From: an uncultured Chloroflexia bacterium
GTDB lineage: Bacteria > Chloroflexota > Anaerolineae > Anaerolineales > UBA4823
Reading direction: 5' to 3'
Length of the DNA: 64,000 nt
NCBI GenBank assembly: GCA_963753725.1
Contig: CAVWDI010000036.1
Location: forward strand, 67,565 to 131,564
Shown: piece by piece, positions 52,951-62,715 of the stretch
How the letters are laid out: each line of letters begins with the position of its first letter
Position numbering within the stretch: position 1 is the stretch's first letter
The notes under the pieces: model-generated
Database searches by the model: none
Seen by the model: the letters and a program-made list of their open reading frames with translations, nothing else
What the model was told of the DNA's origin: nothing
Translations under genes and position numbers: made by a program

Positions 52951-53288
52951 ACATGGCGAGACCGAGCTAAATCAATCTATGGGTCGGACTGGCACTGTGT
53001 GATCAATGTCGCTCACGTGTTCTGATGTGAAATTTCAATGGTAACTCAAGAGGTGGGAAGGTTGATACGATGCTTTGCCAGCAAACGATGGTTTTTGTCC
53101 AAAAGATAAATATTCACCAAGACACTTAAGGCGGTTTGATTGAGGAGAATGTCACCGATTGTATTGAAATAGTGTTGACCATTTATCACAATCAGCTAAA
53201 ATATATAATATGAGGTTGAGGTGGTCAAATAGTTAAAAATAGACCATTCAGCGATAGGCTATCCATTAACCCCTATTAGGAGGATGCA

Positions 53289-53699
53289 ATGAGTGATGCT
53301 TCAGAATTTATAAAGGTCGGCAAAACTCCCACCACAGACTTTACCATTGCCGATCCGGACATCTTGATTGGCACACCCAAACCAGGCACGGTTGACAATC
53401 AAGAGTCAGCCAAAATCAATGTTGAATTTGAGGGAAATTATGCCCGCGAGTTGGGGAAACGTATCTGTGTTGTTATTCTCGTGGATAATTTACTGGCCCA
53501 GGATGCCGAGACCAGAAGGGTTTATACTGAAGGATTAGGCGAAGATAGTATTTATGGTGTCGCCCTGGTTTCTGGTAATTCCATGGGGCGAGCCATCGCG
53601 AGCTTTTTTATGGGCCTCTCTAAGCCAAAGGTCCCAACAAAAATCTTTGATTCTATCCAGAGCGCCATAGCATGGGCGCGATCTATTCGAACGGAGTAG
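53289..53699 (+). CDS. Small soluble protein, paralog A (possibly STAS/SpoIIAA-like fold)
   Basis: 136 aa with RBS aggagg upstream. It shares ...GLSKPKVPTKIFDSIQSAIAWA with its neighbour. The fold assignment is an impression from the C-terminal pattern. Confidence 0.6.
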   Translation: MSDASEFIKVGKTPTTDFTIADPDILIGTPKPGTVDNQESAKINVEFEGNYARELGKRICVVILVDNLLAQDAETRRVYTEGLGEDSIYGVALVSGNSMGRAIASFFMGLSKPKVPTKIFDSIQSAIAWARSIRTE

Positions 53700-53702
53700 A
53701 AA

Positions 53703-54116
53703 ATGACGATAAATACCGAAGGATGGAAAGAAATTGGAGAAACTGCCAACGCCACGATATTTGAAGTGGAACCCCGGATACTGGTCGTTGTGCCCGTAGA
53801 AGGCGCCATCGATGATGGAGACACGGCCAAGGCTAACCTTGAAATGCAAGTGGATTATCTAAGTTCCAAAGGCCAGAAGGCGGGTGTAATTATCACTATG
53901 GATCCAGTCGCCGAACAAACCGCCGCTGCCAGAGCTGTTTACCGGGACGATACGGACCCTGTTTTATTTGCCTGTTATGCAATTGTAGGCGGCACTTTTT
54001 TTGCTCGGGCTGTGGGTTCAGTTTTTCTGGGTCTGTCCAAGCCCCGTATCCCCACCTCTATGTTCGCTTCGTTTGAAGATGCTCTTGAATGGTGTCGCGT
54101 CCAAGTAGGAAAGTAG
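53703..54116 (+). CDS. Small soluble protein, paralog B
   Basis: 137 aa, beginning 4 nt after paralog A ends. ...GLSKPRIPTSMFASFEDALEWC aligns along the full length with paralog A. Confidence 0.6.
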   Translation: MTINTEGWKEIGETANATIFEVEPRILVVVPVEGAIDDGDTAKANLEMQVDYLSSKGQKAGVIITMDPVAEQTAAARAVYRDDTDPVLFACYAIVGGTFFARAVGSVFLGLSKPRIPTSMFASFEDALEWCRVQVGK

Positions 54117-54123
54117 ACAACCC

Positions 54124-55536
54124 TTGACCGAACTGCATCTTCCATCCCTCCTGATAGAGGGATTTGAAAAACTGGCCTCCGGCGACTTTTCTTACCGTTT
54201 ACCTCGCAGCATGGAACACGATGAGGAAGATGCCATTGCGTTTTATTACAATACTGTAGCTGAAGAGCTGGGGCGGATTTTCCGCGCCTCCCAGGCTAAC
54301 GAGCAGCGTTTGAACCAGTCCGTTGAGGCGATATCTGCTGCGCTGTTCGACTTAGCTGCAGGTAACCTTGAGGTTGAGGTGGAACGGGATTACAAAGGGG
54401 ATCAACTGGATGTGCTCACTTTTATGGTCAATACTACTATCAGCGAGCTAAATCTTCTTGTGACCGAAAACCAGCGCCGCAACGCCGAATCCCAGGCTCG
54501 TCTTGAAAGTGCTGTCGAAGAACGCACCCAAGCCCTGTCGCAAGCCCTGGATGATCTCAAAGCTACACAGCGAGACTTGATCCAATCGGAAAAGATGGCC
54601 GCATTGGGGCAACTGATTGCCGGAATTGCCCACGAGATAAACACACCTTTGGGGGCTATTGGCGCATCGATTGGTAACATTTCTAATGCCCTCGAAGACT
54701 CCATCCAGCAATTGCCCCTATTAATTCAACGCCTTTCACTTCAACAGCAGGAGGATTTCTTTGCCCTGCTCGACAGATCGTTGGCCAACCAGGACGTACT
54801 ATCCTCCAGAGAAGAACGCAATTTCAAACGAGCCTTGAGTAGAAAACTGCAAGCCCAAAGGGTTGATGGGTCTGATCGTGTTGCCGACACCCTGGTTGAT
54901 ATGGGCATTTATGAAGATATTGATGCTTTCATCCCCATCTTTCAATCAGAGAACGCGGATTTGATTTTGAACACGACCTATAACCTGTCCAGCCAGCAAA
55001 AAAATAGTCGAAATATCGCCACTGCTGTCGAGCGAGCTTCGAGAATGGTTTTTGCCCTAAAGCGGTACATTCACCGGGACCCTTCCGGTGAGATGATTGA
55101 GGCGAATGTCACTGATGGTATCGAGGTGGTATTGACTCTTTACTATAACCAGATAAAACACGGGGTTGAGGTGATCAAAAAATTTCAACCCGTACCGTCT
55201 ATTCGTTGCGCACCTCATGAACTGAACCAGGTCTGGACAAACCTGATCCAAAATGCGCTGCAAGCAATGAACTATAAAGGGCAATTGGAGATAGCAGTCT
55301 TTCAGCAAAACGGGCAGGTAGTGACTCAGATTACAGACTCTGGTCCCGGCATTCCCGATGAAATGAAAGAGCGAATTTTTGAACCCTTCTTTACCACTAA
55401 ACCTGTTGGAGAGGGCAGTGGTTTAGGCCTGGATATTGTTCGTAAAATCGTTAAGAAACATCAAGGAAAAGTGGAAGTAGAAAGCCGTCCAGGCCGGACG
55501 ACGTTTAGTGTTCGGCTACCTATTGAGCCGTCGTGA
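54124..55536 (+). CDS. Cytoplasmic sensor histidine kinase (no TM segments)
   Basis: Two HAMP-like or coiled segments. H box [23 protein letters not shown] box [15 protein letters not shown] boxes DSGPGIP and [12 protein letters not shown] start per the ORF track. Confidence 0.85.
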   Translation: MTELHLPSLLIEGFEKLASGDFSYRLPRSMEHDEEDAIAFYYNTVAEELGRIFRASQANEQRLNQSVEAISAALFDLAAGNLEVEVERDYKGDQLDVLTFMVNTTISELNLLVTENQRRNAESQARLESAVEERTQALSQALDDLKATQRDLIQSEKMAALGQLIAGIAHEINTPLGAIGASIGNISNALEDSIQQLPLLIQRLSLQQQEDFFALLDRSLANQDVLSSREERNFKRALSRKLQAQRVDGSDRVADTLVDMGIYEDIDAFIPIFQSENADLILNTTYNLSSQQKNSRNIATAVERASRMVFALKRYIHRDPSGEMIEANVTDGIEVVLTLYYNQIKHGVEVIKKFQPVPSIRCAPHELNQVWTNLIQNALQAMNYKGQLEIAVFQQNGQVVTQITDSGPGIPDEMKERIFEPFFTTKPVGEGSGLGLDIVRKIVKKHQGKVEVESRPGRTTFSVRLPIEPS

Positions 55537-55543
55537 GGCAAGT

Positions 55544-55942
55544 ATGGTTAAAAAAGCAATTCTGTGCGTTGATGACGAAAAAATCGTTCTGATCAGCTTG
55601 AAATCTCAAATCAAGAAACATTTTGGCAATCGTTATATCTATGAATTTGCGGAGAGTGCTGCTGAGACCTGGGAAGTCATCGAAGAACTATACGACGACG
55701 GAATCGAATTATTGGTCATTGTCTCAGATTGGCTGATGCCAAAAACCAAGGGCGATGAATTACTTATCGAAATTCATAAAAAATTCCCAAATATTATCAC
55801 AGTGCTATTAACCGGTCACGCCGACCAACAAGCCATTACCCGCTGCCGTGAGCAGGCCAACCTCCACCGTTGCTTGTTCAAGCCGTGGACCGAACAAGAG
55901 TTAATCGAAACCATTGAGTCAGGGTTGGAACAACTACAATGA
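55544..55942 (+). CDS. Stand-alone response-regulator receiver protein
   Basis: MVKKAILCVDDEK...LLVIVSDWLMPKTKGDE...VLLTGHAD...KPW. Receiver Asp and Lys are present. Confidence 0.85.
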   Translation: MVKKAILCVDDEKIVLISLKSQIKKHFGNRYIYEFAESAAETWEVIEELYDDGIELLVIVSDWLMPKTKGDELLIEIHKKFPNIITVLLTGHADQQAITRCREQANLHRCLFKPWTEQELIETIESGLEQLQ

Positions 55943-57270
55943 AGAAAAAAGCTGTGATTCTCTGCGTAGATGATGAAAAGATGGTCCTGGTCAGTCTAAG
56001 GCAACAGCTCAAGCGTAAATTTGAGCGTAAATACATCCTTGAAACAGCTGAGAGCGGTGAGGAAGCTCTGGAAATTATCGAGGAGTTACTTCAAAATAAT
56101 ATTGATATCCCCGTTGTCCTCTCTGACCACATTATGCCCGGTATGAAGGGAGATGAGTTGCTAAAGCGGATTCACGAGCTTTCTCCTAGAACTTTAAATA
56201 TCCTTTTGACCGGCCAAGCCAACGCCGATGCCGTTGGTTATGTGGTCAACTATGCCAACCTCTATCGCTACATTGCCAAACCGTGGGATCAAACTGACCT
56301 GAACTTAACCATAGCCGAGGCAACCCGCAGCTACTTTCAAGATAAAAAGCTAGAAGAACAGAATGTAATCTTGGAAGAAACGAACCAGGAGTTGCTGGAG
56401 CTTAACACATCTTATGAACGTTTTGTGCCCCGTGAATTCTTAAGCGTTTTGCAAAAGAAAAGCATCATCGATGTTCAACTGGGCGACCATATCGAAAAGA
56501 AAATGACTGTCTTATTTTCGGATATCCGTGACTTCACGTTACTGTCAGAAAGTATGAATCCCCAGGAAAACTTTAATTTCATCAACGCTTATCTGGTGCG
56601 AATGGAGCCAATTATTCGGAATCACAACGGCTTTATAGATAAATATATAGGAGATGCAGTTATGGCCTTGTTTCCTACCTCGGCCAATGATGCGATACAA
56701 TGTTCCATTGATATGCTCAAACAATTGAACGCTTATAACAAGCATCGACAAAGCAAGGGGGATCAGCCAATTAACATTGGTATTGGTCTGCATACCGGCT
56801 TGTTGATGTTGGGCACGGTGGGGGGCCAAAGCCGAATGGACGGCACAGTCATCAGTGATGCCGTAAATTTAACAGCTCGCATAGAAAAAATGTCCAAACT
56901 CTATGGCGCGCCGCTAATAATTAGTGAACAAATCCTGTATGAGCTTGACCAATCCAACCAACATCTTTTGCGTTTTCTGGGTAAGGTACAGGTCAAGGGT
57001 AAGAAAAAGCCGGTCTCGTTATTTGAAATTTTTGATGGCTATCCAGCTAAAATCATCGAATTGAAACTAAAGACCCAGACCGATTTTGAAGAGGGGCTGT
57101 TTCATTATTACGAACAAGAGTTTACCGAGGCCCTTGGTCACTTCAACCGGATTTTAGATGTTGATGCTGCGGATAAAGCTGCTAAACTTTATCTGAAACG
57201 CACGAAACATTATTTAGAATATGGGGTTCCTACTTATTGGGATGGGATTGAAGTACTTACAGAGAAGTAA
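55939..57270 (+). CDS. Response-regulator receiver fused to a class III adenylate/guanylate cyclase domain
   Basis: Receiver (CVDDEK, VVLSDHIMPGMKGDE, KPW). Cyclase blocks VLFSDIRDFTLLSE, DKYIGDAVMALF and GTVISDAVNLTARIE. The ATGA start overlaps the upstream stop. Confidence 0.85.
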   Translation: MKKKAVILCVDDEKMVLVSLRQQLKRKFERKYILETAESGEEALEIIEELLQNNIDIPVVLSDHIMPGMKGDELLKRIHELSPRTLNILLTGQANADAVGYVVNYANLYRYIAKPWDQTDLNLTIAEATRSYFQDKKLEEQNVILEETNQELLELNTSYERFVPREFLSVLQKKSIIDVQLGDHIEKKMTVLFSDIRDFTLLSESMNPQENFNFINAYLVRMEPIIRNHNGFIDKYIGDAVMALFPTSANDAIQCSIDMLKQLNAYNKHRQSKGDQPINIGIGLHTGLLMLGTVGGQSRMDGTVISDAVNLTARIEKMSKLYGAPLIISEQILYELDQSNQHLLRFLGKVQVKGKKKPVSLFEIFDGYPAKIIELKLKTQTDFEEGLFHYYEQEFTEALGHFNRILDVDAADKAAKLYLKRTKHYLEYGVPTYWDGIEVLTEK

Positions 57271-57291
57271 TCATTCACTCTCACGCCCAAT

Positions 57292-57519
57292 GTGATTTCA
57301 ATCAATATAGAAGAAGTTGGGTCCTTTTTGAAAGAAGTTGCACCAGAGAGGTTGGAATTATACGCGCAGGCGGATCGAATTCTGGTTGAGCAGCAGGCGG
57401 TGGTCATGCCCCTAACCTACATGTGGTCACACGCATTGGTGAAGCCATGGGTTCGTAAGTACCCCGCATCGGCGATCAATGAGTGGCTCTGGAAGGATTT
57501 TGTTATCGAACCTCATTGA
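57292..57519 (+). pseudogene. C-terminal relic of a family-5 (peptide/nickel-type) ABC substrate-binding protein
   Basis: LYAQADRILVEQQAVVMPLTYMWSHALVKPWVRKYP...DFVIEP resembles the conserved C-terminal end of SBP_bac_5 proteins. Only about 75 codons remain. Confidence 0.4.
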
Positions 57520-57634
57520 TCGGCCTTATAAATAGAGTCATAACGACTTTAGTGAAAAAAAATGATAAGATTAGATTTGGTTTGCCCAATAGATTTTCCA
57601 CAAACAGCAAAATCATGAGTTTTTCGAGCTAAAA

Positions 57635-59548
57635 ATGAATGTTCGAACCCTTTTTAAAATGTTTGCGAATAACCTGCGGAAAAATTCATCTTCAATTAGG
57701 TTAGATCATGGTTCGCGTGTAGCCGTCATAGGTGGCGGTCCGGCGGGTTCTTTCTTCAGCTACTTTCTCCTGGATATGGCTGAGCGGATTGATCTTAAAA
57801 TCCATGTAGATATTTACGAGCCAAGGGACTATACGGTGGCTGGTCCAGCTGGCTGCAACATGTGTGGTGGTGTCATGTATGAATCTCTTATCCAAAGTCT
57901 GGCTATCGAGGGAATCAACCTGCCCACAACTGTTGTGCAACGAGGGATAGAATATAACATGCTGCACATGGATATTGGCAGTGTCCAAATTCAAACTCCC
58001 CGTCAGGAGAAAAGGATTGCAACTACATTTCGCGGCGCCGGGCCGCGAGGTTCTTCAGAGTCAAAAAATGGAAGCCTCGATAAATATCTTTTGCATGCAG
58101 CAGTTTCGAAAGGCGCACGTCATATCCGTGGCCGGGTGAATGAAGTAGGTTGGTTTTCACTTGCTGACGCAACCGATCCATGCGATAAACTGATACAGAT
58201 CAAGACAAAAGGTGATGTATATCAGACATATGAGCTTCTGGCTGTAACAGCTGGTGTAAATACAGCCATCCTTAAGCTTTTCCTCGATTTGGATACCGGT
58301 TATCAGCCTCCTCGAACATCAAAATTGCTTGTCCGAGAGTACTATCTTGGAGAAGAAGTGGTTTCAAAATACCTCGGGCCTGTATTCCATGCCTTTTTGC
58401 TGGATATTCCTGGGCTTGATTATGGCGCAATTATTCCTAAAGGCAAATATGTGTCGATATGCCTGCTGAGCAGTCATGGAGACCTTGACCCTGGAATAAT
58501 GGATACTTTCATTAATAACCCCGCTGTTAAGAAAATTTTACCTCCTGAATTTTCACCAGCTGACCATGACTGTTATTGCCGTCCTCGCATTAATGTTTTG
58601 GGGTCTTCACAACCATTTGGGAACCGCATTGTATTTATTGGCGATAGTGGTGTAAGCCGTCTATACAAGGATGGAATTGGAGCGACGTATCGCGCTGCTA
58701 AAATTGCTGCAACTACAGCCATTTTCCAGGGCATCTCAGCGAGTGACTTTAAGAATCATTACATGCCTTTTTGCCAAAAGATGGATTTTGATAATCGTAT
58801 TGGGAAGTTGCTATTCAAGGCTGTAAGTCAAGTCCAGAAAATGCAATTTGCCAGGCGAGCAGTTCTGCGCATGGTTTCCAGTGAGCAACAAGGAAAGGCG
58901 AATGCCGTAAGAGGGATGAGTATGGTGATGTGGGATATGCTCACTGGAGGCGCGCTTTATGGAGAGGTTCTTAAGCGGGTGCTCCGCCCAACATTTTGGG
59001 CCCGCTTCTTATGGAATATTGTAAAATCACTCTTTTCTGCTGATGCAATCATAAAAAGGGTAAATTCAACTGGAACCTCACCGCCTCATCATATGACCGA
59101 TTTACAAAAATTGGAGACCAAAACCATGAGTATAGGAGCGTTAGGGAAAATTTATCAGGATAGAGAAACTATTGTACGTCAAGGTGAGGTAGGTGATTGT
59201 ATGTTTGTCGTCCAGGATGGTTTTGTGGAGGTGGTTATTGAGTCTGACGTTCAACAAGTTCAGCTAGATATACTCGGTAAAGATGAATTCTTTGGTGAGA
59301 TGGCGATCTTCAAACATGAGATTCGAACTGCCACAGTACGTGCAAAGGGACCCGCCAGGGTTCTCACTGTTGATCACAAAAACTTTTTACATCGCATTCA
59401 TGAAGATCCTTCTCTTGCATATCGCATGATGGAGGTTATGTCTGATCGAATTAATAAATTAAATAAAGAAGTTACAAAACTAAATCATATAATGTTCGAA
59501 TCCGATAACACAAAAAATAATTCAAAGTTGACTACAAATAATAATTGA
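57635..59548 (+). CDS. FAD-dependent oxidoreductase (geranylgeranyl-reductase-like) fused to a C-terminal cyclic-nucleotide-binding domain
   Basis: Rossmann motif VAVIGGGPAGSFF and a GGR-like CNMCGG. The C-terminal cNMP domain (about 59147-59500) has VRQGEVGDCMFVVQDG and the phosphate-binding cassette FFGEMAIFKHEIRTATVRA. Confidence 0.75.
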   Translation: MNVRTLFKMFANNLRKNSSSIRLDHGSRVAVIGGGPAGSFFSYFLLDMAERIDLKIHVDIYEPRDYTVAGPAGCNMCGGVMYESLIQSLAIEGINLPTTVVQRGIEYNMLHMDIGSVQIQTPRQEKRIATTFRGAGPRGSSESKNGSLDKYLLHAAVSKGARHIRGRVNEVGWFSLADATDPCDKLIQIKTKGDVYQTYELLAVTAGVNTAILKLFLDLDTGYQPPRTSKLLVREYYLGEEVVSKYLGPVFHAFLLDIPGLDYGAIIPKGKYVSICLLSSHGDLDPGIMDTFINNPAVKKILPPEFSPADHDCYCRPRINVLGSSQPFGNRIVFIGDSGVSRLYKDGIGATYRAAKIAATTAIFQGISASDFKNHYMPFCQKMDFDNRIGKLLFKAVSQVQKMQFARRAVLRMVSSEQQGKANAVRGMSMVMWDMLTGGALYGEVLKRVLRPTFWARFLWNIVKSLFSADAIIKRVNSTGTSPPHHMTDLQKLETKTMSIGALGKIYQDRETIVRQGEVGDCMFVVQDGFVEVVIESDVQQVQLDILGKDEFFGEMAIFKHEIRTATVRAKGPARVLTVDHKNFLHRIHEDPSLAYRMMEVMSDRINKLNKEVTKLNHIMFESDNTKNNSKLTTNNN

Positions 59549-59762
59549 AAATCATCAACCTTAAAAGAAGAAATTCTAGACAATAAGGAATTCAATAAGA
59601 GATCAATGGACAGGTAGGACACTTTTTTCCTTGAATTGACAATTATTTATCATGTACGAATTCTTCAAGAAGCGCTTTAGTCTCATGCAGGTCCACCGAT
59701 GCAAACCTTTCAATGCAATTTTAATCATCATTAATTTATAGACATGTCAAGAGATATTGATA

Positions 59763-61125
59763 GAGAGTGTTGAAAAACAAATATTTAATTGACCTCAAAA
59801 TCTTTCTTTAATATAATCAGACCAACAAAGTATTTGGAGCAGAAAATGGAAAAAGAACGATTTGTAGAGACTGGCAAGAATTCATTCTTTGGAGATTACA
59901 TTTATGATCAAATAGTGCCCCAAGATCACTTTCTACGTAGACTGAAAGAAATCATCCCTTGGGAGCGTTTCACGAAGAGACTAATCGTGCTATACAAAGG
60001 TGGCGGGAGGTACGGGCGACCGCCCTTCGATCCTGCCCTCATGCTAAAAATGGAGATGATAGCCTATCTATACAACCTGTCCGAGCGCCAGGTAGAGGCC
60101 TATGTGAATGACAATTTATCCGCCAAGTATTTTGTTGGGCTGGCTGTAGATCAGAAAGCGCCGGATCATTCTACGTTGACCAAGTTCAGGAAGCGATTGA
60201 TAGAGAGGGGCAAGTTGGAAGCGTTTGAGGAATTGCTTACTGAGATCATCCAGATAGCGCTGGAAAGTGGAGTTCAATTTGGCTCGATCCAGATTGTGGA
60301 CAGTGTGCATAGTATAGCCAACGTGAACACATCTAAGGATGAAAACAGAAAAAATAAGGGTAAAGGTCCACGCGATCCAGATGCTAAATGGGGGTGAAAC
60401 ATACACAGAAAGTCAAAGACGAGCATGGTCATGCGAAAGAGCAAAGGAAATATTTCTATGGATACAAAGCGCATGTGAGCCTGAATGCTGAAAGCGGCAT
60501 GATCACCAATTTAATTGTTACAGCGGGAAACGCGTATGATGGACATAAGCTTCCCGAATTGGTAAATCGAGACCTGGAACTAGGATTGCCGATCGATACG
60601 GTGGCAGCGGATCGAGGATATGATGATGGTAATAACCATTATTTCTTGCAGAAGAGAGGTTTGCACTCTGCCATACACCTGAATACGTACCGCACCCAAA
60701 AGAAAGACGAAAACAAAGAAGTATGGTTGCAACTCCAATCAACCCCCGAATATCAACAAGGGCAAAAAGAAAGATACAAAGTGGAACGAAAATTTGGTGA
60801 AGGCAAGCAGGGTCATGGATTGGGTCGCTGTCGTTACGTTGGAAGGATAGCGTATGCAATCCAGGTTTTGTTGACTGCGATGGCATTGAATCTGAAGCGG
60901 ATGGTGAAAATGTTGACTGGCACTAATTTCAAGGGCCGTGCTACCGTGATGGCCTGACCCAGGGACATTTGCCTCTGGTGCTAGAAATGATGTAAAAATA
61001 ATTGGAAATCAAGGGTACCCAATGGTCAATTTTGGGCTGTAAATGGACTGAATTCAATAATAATGCCCTTGATTCGATTGGCGATGGGAATATCTTTATT
61101 TATTGAATGATTATTCAACACTCTC
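59763..61125 (+). mobile_element. IS5/IS1182-family insertion sequence, full length (copy 2), transposase in two frames
   Basis: Terminal inverted repeats gagagtgttgaa (59763-) and ttcaacactctc (ending 61125). A 7-bp direct repeat attgata lies on both flanks (59756-59762, 61126-61132). ORFs 59846..60397 and 60388..60957 carry a DUF772-like N-terminus and the DDE domain (GYKAHV..., VAADRGYD..., YKVERKFGEGK). The frames are separated by a G5 run (60390-60394) that is G6 in copy 1. Confidence 0.85.
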
Positions 61126-62131
61126 ATTGATAAGGAAGTGTGTTCTTCCATTAGCCTGAAAAGAGGGTATTTGATCGATGATTAGGATCACCATGTGTTC
61201 CTTTTCAAAGACTGTGAAACAAAACTCAGGGGAAATATAAGAGAGCCTTTTCTCAGGATTTCATAATTTAATGAATCTTCGCCTTTCCTTAATCATGCCT
61301 GGTGTAGTTCTGGCAGAGTTCCGGTGCCTTCCCGGTGCAGATGGTACACCACTGCATGGAAATAATGGATACAGTGGACATCATTTGACACTTTTTGTGA
61401 ACTGTTTGGACGGAATACCAGGCAAAAGCATTCGGTAGACAAAGCTTGGCTGTGCTCTTAATCAACCAATAACCCAAATAGAAGACTGGATGTCAAATGC
61501 TGGAGTTATCTATAACCGAAAAAACCAGTCAATGCAAAATATCTTTATCAGCCTGGTCAGCTTCTTCGAATATTTTCTTCACCTCGTTTTTCATCTCATC
61601 ACTCGCGCTCGGACTATTGGGGATAAATTTGACCAGGTCACGAGCCTGCCGCAAGAGATCCTTTACCTTGGCAATGTAAGAAAAATCATATTTACCTGTT
61701 TGGGCCGGCACGGGCAGGTTAGCGAGCTTGTTGGATTAAATCGCGGGCCCGCTTGATACGCTCAGCGGCTGGAATTATGCGAGACATAGGTGCTCCTGTT
61801 ATAGTGTGATCTTAGACCTGTAGAGATAAAAGCAGCTTTTCCGGAAAGAAATCTGTGCCCTAGATGCTAGTTGTAAATTTTGCGAATTATAACTAGCAAT
61901 TTTAGATTATGTGATGTTAGCAGTAGAAATTATGCTAATTCCCTCAGTAGATTGACGTTAGTCTCCGGCAGCGGCCATAACCTGATCATTTCATGTGAGA
62001 AAGCACCTGGGCCTTTAGGTAACAGTTATGGGATTTGGATGTTGTTAGTGACCTCCTGACCGTCACAAAGACCGGACTTTCACCGATTATAAGATGATAG
62101 CTTTCAGGACACACCAGCGGAGTTTAGGCGC

Positions 62132-62629
62132 TCACCGCTTCTCATCAGGTATATTATTCCATGTGCCCCAATCGATGTCTCTACCAGGAAATGCTGCATT
62201 CCCAAAGGGCCACTCGCTTTTCAGCCAAAGCTTAACCACACTACATAAGCTAGCATCAAGACCAACTCCTAACTTTGATTCTCTAGCCCATAGATAAACT
62301 TCTGCGTCATACCCGCGCTTCCTCGTCGGATTGATGTAGACACATCCCAGCACTCTCGTTTCGTCGAGGGTAACAACAGTGTATGCGAATGAGCGTCGAG
62401 TCAGAAACTCACGTTGATGCCAGCCAAGATCAATCAGGTTTTCTTCGAGTGTCAGACCCACAGGCCAGTTGGAGTCCGGGAAAATTGTTTTTAGTTCGTC
62501 GACGCTCGACATGACCGCATCGTAGTCCTTCACCACGTCGTTAACCGTTAGCATTCGTAGCCGGAACTCCTTAGCCTCCAGCTTTTCGGGGACCTTGAAG
62601 CTTTTCTCCATAAACTGACCAGGTTCCAT
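62132..62629 (-). CDS. GNAT-family N-acetyltransferase (tentative)
   Basis: 165 aa. VLGCVYINPTRKRGYDAEVYLWARES resembles the GNAT motif A region. The assignment is moderate. Confidence 0.5.
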   Translation of the reverse strand: MEPGQFMEKSFKVPEKLEAKEFRLRMLTVNDVVKDYDAVMSSVDELKTIFPDSNWPVGLTLEENLIDLGWHQREFLTRRSFAYTVVTLDETRVLGCVYINPTRKRGYDAEVYLWARESKLGVGLDASLCSVVKLWLKSEWPFGNAAFPGRDIDWGTWNNIPDEKR

Positions 62630-62715
62630 ATCTCAACTCCTCAAAATGAACGCCTAACGACTAAACTTTGCGAAGCATCCAGAAAAGATACCTGCCACGA
62701 TGAAACGCAGCGGAA

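Noticed and set aside
53175-53209. A sigma-70-like promoter (TTGACC ... TATAAT) upstream of the signalling module
   Set aside because: The hexamers are good, but the spacer is 23 nt, far from the 17 +/- 1 optimum. It is not reported as a feature.
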